Positions 32,900 to 45,878 of a stretch of DNA of 64,000 bases are shown here, in pieces. The DNA is from Epithemia pelagica. Lineage: Eukaryota; Protista; Bacillariophyta. The stretch spans positions 5,208,001-5,272,000 of the forward strand of contig OX337228.1 of NCBI GenBank assembly GCA_946965045.2. The letters run 5' to 3'. The position numbers and the translations under genes were made by a program. The notes under the pieces were generated by a model. The model was not told the origin of the DNA. It did not search any database and saw only the letters and a program-made list of their open reading frames with translations. The stretch's first letter is position 1, and the number at the start of each line of letters is the position of its first letter.

Positions 32900-34454
32900 A
32901 TGTCGCAGATCGCCATGGCACAAGCAAGCAATCACATGGACGTTCTCTTGTTTGCGTCGATTTCTGCATTGTTCTATATCTTCCAGCAGATTCAGGATGC
33001 AGAGGGAAGAGGTTTGGATGCGAATGAGTTGATCTGCATGGTCACTCCAGAAAATCGAGTGCTTCCGAGTGGAGGACGTCGGGCAAGAATGCGCCGTCAG
33101 AATCTATGGCATAGAGCCACGTACGTTGCGATAAGGCACGAACCTGAGCATCTTGAACACCACGGTAACCATCCTTCAGATGTTTTCCTTCTTGTGCAGA
33201 AGCGTTCAAATAGAAAAGACTACTGCCCAGGACGATTCGATGCGACTCCGGGAGGTGTGGTTGCCTTTGGAGAATCGTATATACAGAATGCAAAACGAGA
33301 GATTGAAGAGGAGATGGGTATTAAGTTGGATGACAGTCTTGAACGGCTGTTTACATTTTCATTTGAAGACGACCGAGTTCGTGTTTGGGGAGAATTTTTT
33401 GAATACACGTATCGTGGAGCGCTCAAAGATCTCTGCATTCAGACACAAGAGGTTGAATCTATTGAGCGTATGTCGTTACAGGATATCATGGAAAGGATGG
33501 AGTCGGAGCCCGATCAATTCATGCCTGACTCTCTTTATGCTATCAAGCTTTATCTCCAAAGACGCTTGGATATGTCGGTGAATAGGCGTTTGCTTAAAGG
33601 TTACTCATCTTCCGATTTGGACTCTTACGATCTTCGGCCGAAACCTTCTGCGATATTTTTTGACTGCGACGATTGCCTTTACTTTGATGGGTGGAAAACA
33701 GCCAACCTTCTAACAGAGAAGATTGAACAATGGTGTTTGAATCGGGGTTTGCGACCAGGTCAGGCTTATGAAATGTACAAAGAATATGGCACCGCATTAC
33801 GCGGCTTGCTTGCTGAGGGTTACTTGGAGGATACAGAAGAGTCAGTGAATAGGTTCCTTGCTGAAGTACACGACATTCCAATAAAGGAACTCTTGCCACG
33901 AGATGACAATCTTCGGCGAGTCCTGCTTAGAATGGACCCTTCCATTCCCAAGTTTATCTTTACTGCAAGTGTGAGAGATCATACCCTGCGCTGCTTACAG
34001 GCACTCGGTCTTGATGAAGGTCTCTTTGTTGACATCATTGACTGCAAATCGTGCAAACTCGAAACCAAGCACAGTCGATTTTCCTTTGAAATCGCGATGA
34101 AAGTGGCTGGGTAAGTCCGAAACGAGCCTGTGCCATTTGTTGAATCTTGAATTGGCAATGAACCCTTCTTTGTCTCGACAGAGTGGAGAATCCAGAACAG
34201 TGCATATTTTTTGATGATAGCTTGAAGAACATACGAGCTGCGCGGGAAGTAGGATGGCGTAGTGTGCTCGTGGGTCTGTAAGTTCTCTCCACAACAGGTA
34301 TCAGATAGTGTTTCCCTGCTGATCTCTAACAGTGCGTTATTCTGAAAGGATTGGTCGAGATTCAGGACTTCCGTTGTCGTCGGAACATGCAGAGCTCGAA
34401 ATAGACAGAATCCACGACATTGAACGGGTCTTCCCTGATCTTTTTGTGCGATAG
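32900..34454 (+). CDS. Bifunctional Nudix hydrolase / HAD pyrimidine 5'-nucleotidase-like fusion
   Basis: Nudix box GVVAFGESYIQNAKREIEEEMG, HAD motif I IFFDCDDCLY and motif IV FFDDSLKNI. Two 3' GTAAGT introns start near 34111 and 34279; stop TAG at 34452-34454. Confidence 0.88.
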
Positions 34455-35236
34455 TATGTTGGATTCATTTCAGTCAAAGCCGTGCTGGACAGAGTAGAGA
34501 AAGTTAAGATGAAGATGAAGAGCTTACGGATCGAGGAGCGAGGTAGAACCCCTTTTATGTTCTCGACTTCACCCCTAAAATACGTTCCTATAGAGGGGTA
34601 TAATTTTCAGTCGCGCAACATTTTTTCCAATGACAGTGGACCAAAGTTGAGTAGTCGCATAGGAAATCTCCGCACCACGCGGGCTACAATAGGCTCTTTG
34701 AAAGACAGGCCTTCATCTTTATCCACCTTCATCTTTATCCAATTGAGAAAAACAATCTCTTCTTGTAAGGTTTTCAGAATGATTGAACTCCTATAAGAAA
34801 GACCAGGGTTCAAACGGGGAACCAGTGTATGGAACAAGTTAAGTCCTCATCACGCCCTTCGAGCGATCAAAATCTCGTTCTAGGAATTTGCGAGGATTAT
34901 CAAAGTTCGAGGGCACACGTATCAGAAAACTCAGTCCATTGTGATGGACGAGCTGATTGTTCCCTATCTGAAGAATTGGGTGCAATAAAACACTTCCTTC
35001 CAGTCTAAACATGTAAAGATCACGTGAATCCAGAATTATTGGTTTTTCATGTATGCAAGAAGTGATAGTCTATAGTTACGATAAGTTTAAAATCTCTTTT
35101 TCGCAGTCACAACCTCCGCCTGTTGTCTCGTGGAAAATGCTTTGGTCTAAGGATGCGGAGTGCATCGGTGCTTTTGAATAAATGTGAAAGGTCCCCATGA
35201 TAAATGTCCATCCGAAAATGACAAGCTGTGCACTCT

Positions 35237-36406
35237 CTACATATTGAGCGCATCTCGTTCAAAAGCAGCAACAAGGTCTTCGTCAAATGCACGTGTTAGT
35301 GCTTCGGCGTCTACTTCAGCTTGAAGAGGGTCCGCCGAAGTCTCAGGAAAATGAGCAACCGACATTGGCTTAGAATCGTCTTCAAATGATGCGGCTAGAG
35401 CTTCAAAGGTTCCCGGAGCCGGCGGCGAAGCAGTTAAACCATGATCAAACTGGGACGAATGCGACGGTGAGTCAAACGCGGGCGCTCCTGCAACATCAAC
35501 CACTGTGTGTGTGTGGTGATGCTGGTGAAAAGATTCGCTGGTGAAATCGTCATGTGCTCCGGAGAACAAGCCCCCCGACGTTGCCGCGGTTGTAGGAGTG
35601 GAGTTTCGTAGGTTAGGTGTCGTCTGCGATGCGTCATGAGAGTCACTGTTTATATTGTAGCATTCTCCTCCATCAACGAGCTTGTTGGGGATCCATGAAA
35701 TTGTAGGGTCTGGAACGACTTCAGAAGTTCTGACACTACGCGCAGGAACGGGTGATGTTGCCCCCCTTTTCTTCCGGAAGGCCTCGTTTGGATCAGATCT
35801 TGGTGTCGCTCGGCCAGAGGAAGTTCTGCTAACACTAGGGGAGGGAGGATTGGTGACAACTAATTGTTGAACGTACTGTTGCTGTGATAAGCCGCTGTTC
35901 TTCCGTTCCAACGTCGATTCGAGTACATCCGCCGGAGCAGCAACACTCCTGGCGTATCCATCGCGATCAGGACGATTACAGTCTCTTAGAGCTTGGCGGG
36001 CTTTCTTTACAGCTTCTTCCCGACTCATGATTTCCCACGGTCCTTGTAATCCACGTCTGTTCTTCGTTTTACCCGAGCGTTTTAGAAAACGCCCGGGTGG
36101 ATCCAGTGATTCAATGTGGCGAACGATTTCTTCTGACAGCGCCTTCTTTTCAATGATGCTATACGACGAACAGTAAGATGGGTCTGATCGACTCTGAATG
36201 AGTGATCGGAAGCGTTCATTGCCCGGATGATGTGCCATGTTAACCCCGCGACCATTTAGTACGTCGTGTTGATGGACAACAACATTGTCCTTTCCTCCGT
36301 ATGGCTGGTGAGAAGAATTCTGAGGACCTCCGCCTGCAGTCACGCCCGCAGCGCTATCTGTTTCCCTTCCAGACGAAGAAGCTGACCTTTTGCTTGCCTT
36401 TGGCAT
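35237..36406 (-). CDS. DUF6824-domain protein
   Basis: DVLNGRG...HPGNERFRSLI...GRFLK...W...KKARQALRD is the diatom DUF6824 pattern. Likely start MPKASK at 36406. Confidence 0.85.
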   Translation of the reverse strand: MPKASKRSASSSGRETDSAAGVTAGGGPQNSSHQPYGGKDNVVVHQHDVLNGRGVNMAHHPGNERFRSLIQSRSDPSYCSSYSIIEKKALSEEIVRHIESLDPPGRFLKRSGKTKNRRGLQGPWEIMSREEAVKKARQALRDCNRPDRDGYARSVAAPADVLESTLERKNSGLSQQQYVQQLVVTNPPSPSVSRTSSGRATPRSDPNEAFRKKRGATSPVPARSVRTSEVVPDPTISWIPNKLVDGGECYNINSDSHDASQTTPNLRNSTPTTAATSGGLFSGAHDDFTSESFHQHHHTHTVVDVAGAPAFDSPSHSSQFDHGLTASPPAPGTFEALAASFEDDSKPMSVAHFPETSADPLQAEVDAEALTRAFDEDLVAAFERDALNM

Positions 36407-38218
36407 CTCTTCGAAGAAAGGGTACCCAAGATCCGACCAATGGGATGACCAACGCAAAACCCGAGAAAAAGTAGGTTCAACCAATTGTGACAACGTTCCA
36501 CCAAGCACCAAGCTCAGTAGTCCCCTCCAAACCCGTGGAGCTATCTTCTTTCCTGCCTTCGCTAAAGAAGCACGCCCAGTCTCCCCCGACCCTGTTGTTC
36601 TTGCGAAAGCAACGGCGAACCCGTCGACGTTCGCAATCAACAACTCACCACTTCGTCGTCCTTCCTCACACTGTTTCGTACTTCAAATTTGTCATTCAAG
36701 ACACCACCCGGACTGATCTAGCGACAAATACAATCTTGTGAGTCCTTTGTCACTATTATATGGATCGATTCTGAATTGGGTAAGAGTTACTCTGTTGATG
36801 AGGAGATCATAAACCTCAGTGGCGGCAGGGTTCAATGTTCTAGTAGGTAGTTGAATGGCCAACACGTAAAGCGTGACGAGCGCACAAAAACAACACAACC
36901 ACACCAAGCGCCGCAAATTAGGTATGCACCGCCGGACTGACATCCACCGTATTGTTCGGCACGGAGAGGAGTGTTGTGCATGCTTCCCTCTTCCTATGTG
37001 CAAAGATCTGTTTGGAGTTTTGTATGCCTCTGTTTGTACCAGAAAGGATACATCCGATTCCTAGTTGTTGGGACATCAAAACGCTTGAGTGTATCATATG
37101 AATCACGCGCAGGTATGACTCTTGCGCGTGCTAGATACTTAAAGGGGCACTTCGCTGTATTCGTTTCCGTGATCAACGACCAACGACTCGTGGTTTGATT
37201 GCCATTTGCCATTCGATCCTACCAACAACGTGACAAATGTACCTACTACCTACGATCGATTAGGTAGTTATATCGAAGAATTGAGCGACGAACGATTTGA
37301 AATCTGGAAATCCGCGGGACACAGTTGATCCATTTCACGAACTGTCGGGGGCGACAATTGCGGACCAACGGGGGGCTGCATCGCTGGAACTTCCCCTCAC
37401 GGACGGTGACCTCTCTGCCTCTTAGCGGAGCCCGTCTGTTTCTTATCTGACCTCCTCCGCAAGACGCACGGGTTAAAGCAGAAAACAACACATCTTCTCA
37501 GGGAAATTTGCAAGTTCGTTTGTCCTGTGAGACTTCAACATTTCAAGACAGTAAGATACGACGGCCGGCCTTCGTATCGAATAATGTTCTTCCTTTTCGC
37601 AAAGGTCGTTCAAGACGAAATTCCTATTCAATTCTTTCCCAACATTGAGGAAAACAACAAATGTTGATTTTAGAATCATCAATACACATAGGATAGGAGT
37701 TCTTCATTCATGGGGTAATGACCAACCATGGTTGGTATATCTGGCTTGTCGGATGGTCTGAGGGAACACATTCGGGAGTCGGCTATTGAGTCTAGCAAGG
37801 ATCTTAGGTATCTTGGCCTACTACCCATGGAGCACAGAAGTTTATCACGCCGCTCCCCATGATCCCAAAGTTTCAGCGAACGTGGGGGACGGCGCATCTG
37901 ACATGCGCGCAGTGGTATGGGCATTTCTTCGGAGTATAGCACATGAAGTACCATTCGCCTTACGCGACTGGATTACTTATTTCCACTGCATATATCCTAA
38001 AACATCAGAACTACATTTGGGGTCACGCGCTGCTCGCCCACTAAATTTGTTTTCAGGCATATCGTCTGGACGGAAAACCTTTAGAGGACGGGTCAAATGT
38101 TCATCTCACTTTCATTTGGGAGAAACATACATCTTATGTTACAGAGTTGCTTTGAGATGATTGGAGTTTTGCTCATGTGTTTAGGAAGTAGGGTCTCCAG
38201 CCAATTTCATACGCTCTA

Positions 38219-39845
38219 CTAGTAGTACGTTTTCCCTTTTCGAAGCGCTCGCTGGTACGCTGAAGAAAGGGGTGGAGGACTGAGCGATTCCGCTGGTGTT
38301 ACTTCGCCTCTGAGCGAGACTCCCATAAGTTTTGCAACTTGTGCATGCGTTAAATCCCCTCGTCCAAAGAGGTATCCTATCTTGCAAGCGATTGCCTCAA
38401 AAGTCATATCGTTGGCGCTGACGACGCCTGCGCTTTCCAAGGCTTTCCCAACTGCATAGTGACCAAGCATGACAGATCCAGTATAGCACTGCGTCGATGC
38501 CACGACCAAAATCCCCTTCTCCGATGCATCTAAGAGAAAAGCAACATGAAGACGATCGTAAGTGGAACTACACGTGGCATCCTCGGTACTTCTAGGTCGA
38601 CAAAGGAACTCAATAGCCACTCACCCGCAAGAAGTTGAATGAAGGACTGCTTCACCGCTGGTAGATTTCCAGTCCCATAGAGCTGTAGCACAATCGCCGT
38701 CAATCCACCAATTCCGTTTTCACGAGATCTGGCATTTCGTCGCTCAATCATCTCCTCCAGCATGGTATCGTCAAAACCAGGAACAAGTCGAATGGTCAAC
38801 AAGCGCGTGTCAAGACGAGTATGAACACGTAACGAACCTCGAGGTGGAGGCAATACCAGGTGTTCTTTTTCGTTGATTGTGATCCCAATGGTCGCAAGAG
38901 GGTCAAAATTTGGAGAATCAAACGCGTGAAGTCGGTGAGTATTAACTTTTGTCGAACGACAAGCTCTCAACAACCGGTCATGAAAGAATATAGATACTTC
39001 GTTTATCGTATCTCTTGATGCGAAGATGAGCGCCATGATCAAATTTCGCCTTCCATCGTTGTACGGTTCACAAAGTGGGATCTGGCTTCCAGTAAACACA
39101 ACAGGCTTGCCTAGATTCTCGAGCATAAATGAAAGTGCTGTAGCACAGTACGCCATTGTATCCGTACCACAAATGATAACGAAACCATCAAAGTGGAGAT
39201 AGTTTACGCGGACATCCTGTGCGATTCGTGCCCAGTCTGCAGGTCCCAGATCGCTTGAGTCGTAAAAAGGAGAGTACTCGTGCAAAACATACTCGGGCAT
39301 ATTTTCATTGTCGAGTTCATTCATATTCTTCATATATGAAGAGAGTGCTCCTTCAACTGGAGCCAAGGATCCATCTGCGTCGGGAGCCATGGTCAATGTG
39401 CCTGGACCAGACAGAAAGGAACTTGTGTTGAGTTTCTCGTCAAGTGCACCAGTTCTGGGATCAAAATTTACCCACCTCCTGTACACAAAATCAAGACTCT
39501 CTTCCGATGACGACCATCACCAGCATGTAAAGGAACTGCTGGAATAAATAGCCGTTCTCCGGGATCATTCGACAGTTTGCCAGCTGGGGGTTGGAGCGAT
39601 TCTCCCATCAATTGTTGCAAGTGGTCAATCTCACGAGCTTGCTGCGATTGCTGAGTACTGGAATATGGCCTGGTTGGGGCATCGGAAACCATTGAAGATA
39701 GAGAGCTTTGAAATCTTTTCTCTATTTCCACTTCGGAATTTCCAGCTAGAGAGTCATCGGATTTGCTACATTTCGACGTCAGAATGAACGACCTGGATAG
39801 TAATGGATAACGTCGTCGCAGCAGTCTTCTGCCGCTTCGAATCAT
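38219..39845 (-). CDS. L-asparaginase type I with an Arg-rich N-terminal presequence
   Basis: ILCTG|GTLTM, DSSD, CGTDTMAY, TGSQ, YGTGN. Introns 39402-39475 and 38530-38624. MIRSGRRLLRRR... resembles a mitochondrial presequence. Confidence 0.92.
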
Positions 39846-40202
39846 TATCGTATTGCAACTTCTATCAGCAAGCAAGGAGATCACAACAACGCGATGTTGA
39901 GAGCTGTTATGATAGACCAAGAAGGTATTGCAGATACCATTTGCAGAACAAATTTGGGCGGCTGCATTGACACATCAATTGTACCAAACGCGACTCAAGA
40001 CCGACTTATCTAACATTTGAAGGGGCAGTCGCACGCGACAGAATAAGAACCACCACTCCCCACCTAGGTAGACTAGGAGTAGATTGTAACAAATCTATGG
40101 ACACTAGGAGTAATATATAGGAGTAGCTTGACTTTGACGGATGAGATTAACTGTGTCAGAAGGAGGAGCTGTACCTCTTGACATCCCAAAAACGAATTAC
40201 TT

Positions 40203-41807
40203 TTATGGTGGAGTCGGAAGAATGAAGTTCCCAATGTACCAGTTGCTCACTGCAACTTCTTCCGTTTGACAGAAGTTATGCCAAGCAAGGCAACCCAAAG
40301 GATCCTTGTGAAAGCAATTGTCAGCGGGATTGTGTTGGTAACAGCACGCAACTTGCTCGCAATATTCGGGGCAAGATTCAGGTTGAATGAGTTCGATCAC
40401 CTCTTCATTTTCTGGCTCTCGTTCGCCGCATGCATAAATCAACTCCGCAGGAGCTTGTGGGACAACTGAGTACATCGGAGGAACTGTGATGTTCACGTCA
40501 GTGCTATCTTCACAGGCTGCATATGACAGACAAGCAAGGAAATTTTCTTGTAGGCATCGGCTGTTTGGGTCCATACAGCAACGAGCTTGTTCGCAGTACT
40601 CATAACATTGTGGCAACTTCCAGTAACAGACGCGATCAATGTCATCCGGAGCGACAGGTACAATGTGACGGTCGGGATTGAGAGGCTTTCTAAGGTTTTG
40701 GCATGGAGCATAGTCCATACAAACATCAAAGTTGTCATTGAGACAGGACAGGCCACTCTCATCGAAGCAACATGCTACTTTTCGGCATGCATCGGGACAT
40801 GTTTGCTCGTCCTGGGCTAATCCTTCCTCAGAGCAAAGATACGGCAATGTCGCGGGCGCTGGGTCAAGTAAATTTTTCAATGCAGAGCATTTACCATACG
40901 CAGCGCAGCCTCGCAAGTGGTCACCAAATTCACATGTGTTCAAATGAAAGATGTCGTCGTCTTCAAGAATGAATGTTGGAGGAGGCGTAGCGTTAAGAGC
41001 CGCGTTGACAGAGGAGTAATTATATGTTTCATATGGGAAAACCTCGCAACAAGAGCTGTGCATCGGCTCGCAAAATTCTCGACATCGCACCCCTCTATCC
41101 ATGTCCAGTGTGCCTGAGCTGCACACTGCGTCGATGAGCTCTTTATTGGAAGGAAACGTGTCATTATCAGGTCGCTTTGGATAAGCCGTTTCTGGATCTA
41201 ACCCCTCGTTGTCAAAGAAGAGCTTTTCAAATAAAACTGAAATGGCAGCAAAAATCAGAAGGCATAACAGGAAAAAGAGAGCGATGCAGCACCATTTCAC
41301 CCAGATGCCCCTCTGCTTAATGTTTGCAGTTGAATATTTCCACTCGCGACGGCCATCTTCGAAAGTGCCTTCGTCTTTAAAATACGTGGGATCTTCTTCA
41401 TCTGATCCATGAGAAGGGTCACGTTGCTCTTGATCCTTCTGCTCTTGATCCTTCTCCATGGCTTCGCGATCTTCCTCGAAGTACAAATCGTCGCTGTCGT
41501 CATCACTGATATCGTCGCTGTCTCTTGCCTTGTTGTCACCTAAGGGCTGTTCGGGATGTACATCCTTCACTCCCTCGTCTACCGAGGGATCATCCAAAGG
41601 ATCGTCATGGAAGGGATCCTGAGGATCCAAATCGTCAATGGGTTGTTCTTCATCTTCAGGAGGAGGACGGAACGGGTTGTCTTCGTCGTCTTTGTTCTCC
41701 ATCTCATGAATCATCATGAGACTTTCGGTTTCATTGTAGGTCGGATTCTCACGACCGGGATCATCGATGTAGGTTCCGTCACGCCCTGGGGCCGCATATT
41801 GAGCCAT
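40203..41807 (-). CDS. Type II membrane protein with an acidic N-terminus and four Cys-rich repeats
   Basis: Single TM segment IWVKWCCIALFFLLCLLIFAAISVLF followed by repeats of P.P..L...C...C...C....CC......C......C..Y..C. Confidence 0.85.
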   Translation of the reverse strand: MAQYAAPGRDGTYIDDPGRENPTYNETESLMMIHEMENKDDEDNPFRPPPEDEEQPIDDLDPQDPFHDDPLDDPSVDEGVKDVHPEQPLGDNKARDSDDISDDDSDDLYFEEDREAMEKDQEQKDQEQRDPSHGSDEEDPTYFKDEGTFEDGRREWKYSTANIKQRGIWVKWCCIALFFLLCLLIFAAISVLFEKLFFDNEGLDPETAYPKRPDNDTFPSNKELIDAVCSSGTLDMDRGVRCREFCEPMHSSCCEVFPYETYNYSSVNAALNATPPPTFILEDDDIFHLNTCEFGDHLRGCAAYGKCSALKNLLDPAPATLPYLCSEEGLAQDEQTCPDACRKVACCFDESGLSCLNDNFDVCMDYAPCQNLRKPLNPDRHIVPVAPDDIDRVCYWKLPQCYEYCEQARCCMDPNSRCLQENFLACLSYAACEDSTDVNITVPPMYSVVPQAPAELIYACGEREPENEEVIELIQPESCPEYCEQVACCYQHNPADNCFHKDPLGCLAWHNFCQTEEVAVSNWYIGNFILPTPP

Positions 41808-42148
41808 GGTTGCTTCTTGATAAGGAGTTTAATTCGGACGATAAGGACAAAATGAAGTCTGAATTGCAAGTTGCAAAGCAAGAAAACGAAGTTCCTCCCG
41901 TACAATCCCTCTATCTTGGGTTTTGGTTGGTGCAAGTCATTCGTCTAAGCAAAACCCTTGCAACCTGGTTGGGAATACACACAACGGGTCATAAGTAGTA
42001 GTTTTGTGGCAATCGAATCGTGGTGGGAATGTCTGTTGCAGCTACCTCCTACTGGTACACTCCTCCAGTAGCTCCTCCTCTAGCTAGAGCAGCGAAATAA
42101 TCATCCTTACCCCCTAACTTATCATCGGAACATTGATGCGGGTGAAGG

Positions 42149-42180
42149 TGCGAGTGCGGGGGCTTACCCCCGCACTCGCA
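42149..42180. repeat. Perfect 14-bp hairpin TGCGAGTGCGGGGG-CTTA-CCCCCGCACTCGCA in the left end of the outer element
   Basis: Read directly from the sequence. A related inverted pair occurs near the right end (TGCGAGTGC 53518-53526 and GCACTCGCA 53561-53569). Confidence 0.9.
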
Positions 42181-42721
42181 TCAACGTTCCTACTAGAAAC
42201 TTACATTACGAGCAGCTCGACTCCCAATGTGAGCGCACGCCGCGCCTCCCATCATTCTCTAACATCTCAGAAACATGACACGTCACTATGGACCAAACTG
42301 TAAGAAGCCTATTTTGTTAAATAAAATACCCCAAATGGCCAAAAACTACCCGATAACCCACCGATCCCACTTAGACGCTCTTAATCTCAATAAGATCACA
42401 CATCCAGCCCCGATGTAAGTATCCATTACAATAAAAGAGTACTTACTCTATTGCACTGTATAGTTACATTGGAGCAGGGTTGTCTCTATCATTGCCCAAA
42501 TTACGTTGCAAAACCGATGCCCGATTCTTATAGAAAATATGAGCATCGAACACATAGCACAGTCGTCACACTCCATCGCCAGCCTTGTTCTATATTAATT
42601 TTTATTCAGACATGAAAAACATATATCACTGTAGTCGCTTTTCACTCGTTGTTGAATCACTTGTTTCAAAGAGAAAATTGTGTTTGGGCCTTGATGCATC
42701 CGATGACTGGAACCTTTCGAT

Positions 42722-44782
42722 TTGAGATGCCTGTCTCCAATATCGCTGTCATCTCAAGACGAAACAACCAACCCTCTTGCTGAAGTTGAATCGACACATA
42801 GACGGACCTTATTACCAAAGGGCGGCTCCTTCCATACCATGGAGAAGGAGAAACACGAGCCCATTCGTCGTTCTGCGAGGACAATCGACCAGTTGCCGAT
42901 GTCTCCGAACCTACAAACTCGTACAAGAAGGAAGCAATCTGGCGTATCCGTAGAGAATTCATTCACTGAACGGCAACGAGTTGCCAAGGTATGCCGTGAC
43001 TTCAAGCACCGCGCAACAAAACCCTGCTCCGTTTTTGGAAGCGATCGTCATGCACGCTATCGAGGTGGCTTTTTCTTTTGCTTCAACTGTCGCGACGCGG
43101 ACGATTATGAGAAGGCTTTTCCGAATACGCCCATAAATCGTCTTAGCGATTCCTTCAAGTGCACTGCCTCTCACACGTCGATTCTCTACCCCACTGATCG
43201 CATCACCATTGAAGACAGGAAGAAGATGGCTGCCAAAAAGGCACATGAAGCGTCTACAACAGACCAATCTGAGCAAGTCGCAACGACAAACACGGATCCA
43301 ACCCAACCAGCCGACTCCAAAGTACCCAGAAAGAAGAAGAGACGAGCGTCGTTGACCTCCAGGAAGAAGTCCAAGGTTAAGCAGCCTCCGAACGAAAGGC
43401 GTTCACTCAAGGCTCCTCCACCTACAGCCACATCAACCCATGAAGATGCTCAGGCCGACACTTCAACACAAACCACCGGTCCAGCAACGAACAATGAAAA
43501 AACTTCTATTGATGAAGATCTCCAAGTTGTCGAAACAGCGAAAAATGGCATTGAATCAGAGTATGAAGTTGACATTGAGGACCTTGAAGTCGTCACGGCC
43601 ATCTCTTTCAACGACGTGTCGACTCAAACCGATCCAATTAACCTTCCAAACAACCCGCCAACTCCGAGTGTTCAAGAACACGACAACCACAATCAATCAG
43701 ATGGCGTTCCTACTACTACAACAACCGACTCTTCAACACAAACCACAGAAAGTCGTTTCACGGTTGTAACGTCTGAAGGTGTTCACTTGGCAACTATCTC
43801 TCGACTACAGACTCAGTTGTCGAAGGAAGCTGCACAGAACGACCGTCTCCGCCGTCTGCTTCGTGAGGAAAGGAAAAAATCACGGGCAAGATATGGACAG
43901 GTGCGTCATCTCCAAAAGATGGTCAATCGAAAGAGGAATCCAGTAACAATCAACATGGTACCCACGACTTGTTCGAACAGAGACAACGCTGATGCCATTG
44001 TTGAGCATATAAAGCAAACAATCAGCCAATGTGTCAGTGGTCACAACGAAGACAGCCATCGTGCCGTTACCTTTTTCAACCTACTGGCTAACATGTTGAT
44101 GTACAAAGGCATCCACTACGACCAACTACGCGACTCAATAGTCAAGGTGGTCGGCAGATACCTTCGACAAAATGTATTCAGTCCTCATAACATTCTTCGC
44201 GAGATGGACCTCACTGGTGGCAAACTATCCTACGCAGGTATTGAGGTTCTCCGTTTGTGCGAGACTGGGGGAAGGAAGGGAGTTCATACAATTCTCCCAT
44301 CGTCTGCGGCAATGAGGGAATACGCTGCGAAGGTTGAAGAATTCGCAGATCAGCTGGTACCATATCGAATGATACGGAACAAGCGAGATGGTTCCGAAGG
44401 TTTCTATTTTAGATCGGCAGATACTCTCACCAGAGTATTAGAGACAAGAGATATGATTGTTGGTGAGGCCCTTGAAGAAGAAAAGACCGTGTCCATGAGC
44501 CTTGATGGAGCACGAATGTCTAACAACCAAAGCCATACACTCGGTGGATTTAAATTCAACGATCCCTCCAATCCACTAAAGCAATCGCTCCATGCTGTCT
44601 ATCCTGTAGTCTGTACGATAGGACCAGAAACCAAGAAACATTCTCAAGGCATCTATGCTATGATGCACGCCAAAAACAAGGAAGCTGCCGAGAAAGTTCT
44701 TCCTTCCGAATTTGGCATTGGAACGAGTAAGACGAGAGTCAACCTGAAGGTAGGACTCGGTCTTGTTGTTCTGTTCACATAA
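42722..44782 (+). pseudogene. N-terminal part of a putative DDE transposase (Cys/His-rich N-terminus, first catalytic Asp in SMSLDGA), C-terminally truncated
   Basis: CFNC and C...H motifs, coiled coil, then SLDGARMSNNQSHTLGGFKFND. The last ~35 aa are the antisense of the neighbouring minus ORF. No second Asp, CxxC or Glu motif follows. Confidence 0.6.
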
Positions 44783-45589
44783 AATAGAAGAGCAGTTAGA
44801 ATTTGCCACGACAAAAATGTAGTTGAATGTTTCCATTGGTACTGCACCAATGTTGAGAGACTGTAAATCAATCTCCTCCGACTGATGACCACGTTTGTTG
44901 AGGATTTTTGATAGTCCTTTTCGAAGTAGGAACAATCCGGTCCATACATTACGATGGAAACATCGAGGAGGGACACACAGTTCAATAGGGTTGTATTCTG
45001 GACAATAATCCATGGGGAAACATTCAATCTCCTTTGGCTCAATAGGTACTAGAGATGGAGAAGAGTCATTTGGGGAAACAGGGGGCTCCTTGTACCGAAC
45101 GATGAAAACATTCGATAAGCCATGAGCCCAGGCATTGGCAGGATCTTGGAACTCTTCAATGGAGAAAACAAAGGCAGGGAAACGTATCTTGATTTCCTTG
45201 GCATTCAGATTGCGAGCGACGATCCTTTGGTTGGACTTGTAGAGCTCGACATTCTCACAACCGACGCCTTCCAACAATTTGTTGGCTGAATGGGGAGGTA
45301 TGTCCGGATGACAACGTAGCTTCTTTTGTGGAAACAATGGGTAGAAAAGACGGAGGGACACTCTCCCATGATCCTTGAAGAGTTGGCATATCGTGGTTGT
45401 GCCATTATCTTGGTCGGCAAGACAGATGTGGACGAAGGTATTCAATCGGAAGCAATCATTGAAATGGGGAATGTACACAGGAGATTCATCGTCGCTCATA
45501 CTTGCGATAATCAAATGGACCAATACATGAACTGGATTGAGTGATAGGGTTGTTCGGAATAGTTGGTATGAGCAAGGTGGTCTTATCAA
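44576..45589 (-). pseudogene. Convergent accessory ORF of the outer element (possible BAH-like domain), probably truncated
   Basis: 337-aa ORF with ELYKS...I...PAFVF. Overlaps the plus ORF tail-to-tail by 207 bp, and its tail is antisense to that ORF. Confidence 0.5.
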
Positions 45590-45878
45590 AGGGTCTTGTC
45601 ATTGTGCTTTGCATCGGAGGAGATTGGCATCAGGCGTCCAATGGATCATTGATTGCTTCCGAGAGACCTGTACCGTTCTTGAACTGGTACTCATAAAGGA
45701 CAATTCTTGCTAGATATTGTTAAAAGAGTCAGAAATGAATTATGTCACAGTGGGAGTGGATTTGGGAGCTACTTATAGACGCGGGCCGGTTTTCAGAGGC
45801 ACGTGTCTCACGTTCGACAAGGGGTACAGTAAACCCCGATTTTGTACTTTAGTACTATTTTCCACTTCTCTTGAAGTC

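Noticed and set aside
36692-38160. Short ORFs in the 1.5-kb gap between the DUF6824 gene and asparaginase
   Set aside because: No motifs or consistent exon chain that I could support.
45825-45840. TA-CAGTAAACCCC resembling a pogo/Tc1 terminus
   Set aside because: No inverted partner found; it lies within the spacer of the CAC element's left end.
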